IMG/VR virus record: IMGVR_UViG_2751185968_000009
Origin: a virus
Taxonomy: Duplodnaviria > Heunggongvirae > Uroviricota > Caudoviricetes
Direction: 5' to 3' (one strand)
DNA length: 8,342 nt
The notes beneath the pieces are model-generated. The model had not been told where the DNA came from, did not search any database, and worked only from the letters and a program-made list of their open reading frames with translations. The translations under genes and the position numbers were made by a program. Of this stretch, positions 8,185 to 8,342 are shown one piece after another. Position 1 is the first letter of the stretch, and the number at the start of each line of letters is the position of its first letter.

Positions 8185-8232
8185 CCGCAGCACGTCTTAA
8201 GCAAGAACGTGCTGCGGTTGGATGCTATTTTT
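8185..8232 (+). other. Perfect 11-bp inverted repeat with 11-nt spacer after tfa, followed by a T-tract; possible terminator or protein-binding palindrome
   Basis: CCGCAGCACGT (8185-8195) and ACGTGCTGCGG (8207-8217) are exact reverse complements; T6 run at 8227-8232 lies about 9 nt past the stem, which is atypical spacing for an intrinsic terminator. Confidence 0.35.
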
Positions 8233-8342
8233 TCCCTGAAGCGGAAAACATTACTACAGTACCTTGAACCTTGGTTTTAACATTCTCGAAATGCTCTGAG
8301 AGTATATGTGTTAAGCCTTCTTCGGAATCTTTTGTGTTTGAA

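Noticed and set aside
8182-8277. Short + strand ORF (31 codons, starting ATG 8182) downstream of tfa
   Set aside because: Too short to support, no convincing RBS, and it overlaps the inverted repeat; it does not stand out from chance.
1-8342. Defence or toxin system (TA pair, restriction-modification, abortive infection, retron, DGR)
   Set aside because: Every sizeable ORF is accounted for by the transposase, J, lom, stf or tfa. No reverse transcriptase, nuclease or methylase motifs, or small paired ORFs, are visible. The variable fibre region has no template-repeat/variable-repeat pair or RT gene in this window.

Overview
This window is the distal tail / host-range module of a lambda-like (lambdoid) prophage on the + strand: host-specificity protein J, the outer-membrane moron Lom, side tail fibre Stf and tail-fibre assembly protein Tfa, preceded at the 5-prime edge by the 3-prime end of an IS3-family transposase. 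Gene identities rest on reading the six-frame translations and comparing them with lambda J, Lom, Stf and Tfa from memory; no database search was run. Two of the four phage genes are damaged: J is split by a 1-nt frameshift near 2219-2223, and stf is cut by an in-frame TGA at 7257-7259, with about 108 conserved codons continuing in frame to a TAA that overlaps the tfa start. lom is bracketed by two textbook intrinsic terminators. stf also carries a long Ala/Ser/Thr-rich low-complexity segment, three tandem 132-bp coding repeats, a tail-collar-like motif and His-x-His boxes. I do not see a toxin-antitoxin pair, restriction-modification genes, a CRISPR array, a reverse transcriptase or any other credible novel defence system. 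The items most worth follow-up are the possible UGA readthrough in stf, the decaying-prophage signature (IS + frameshift + stop), and a weak invertase-crossover-like site after tfa.
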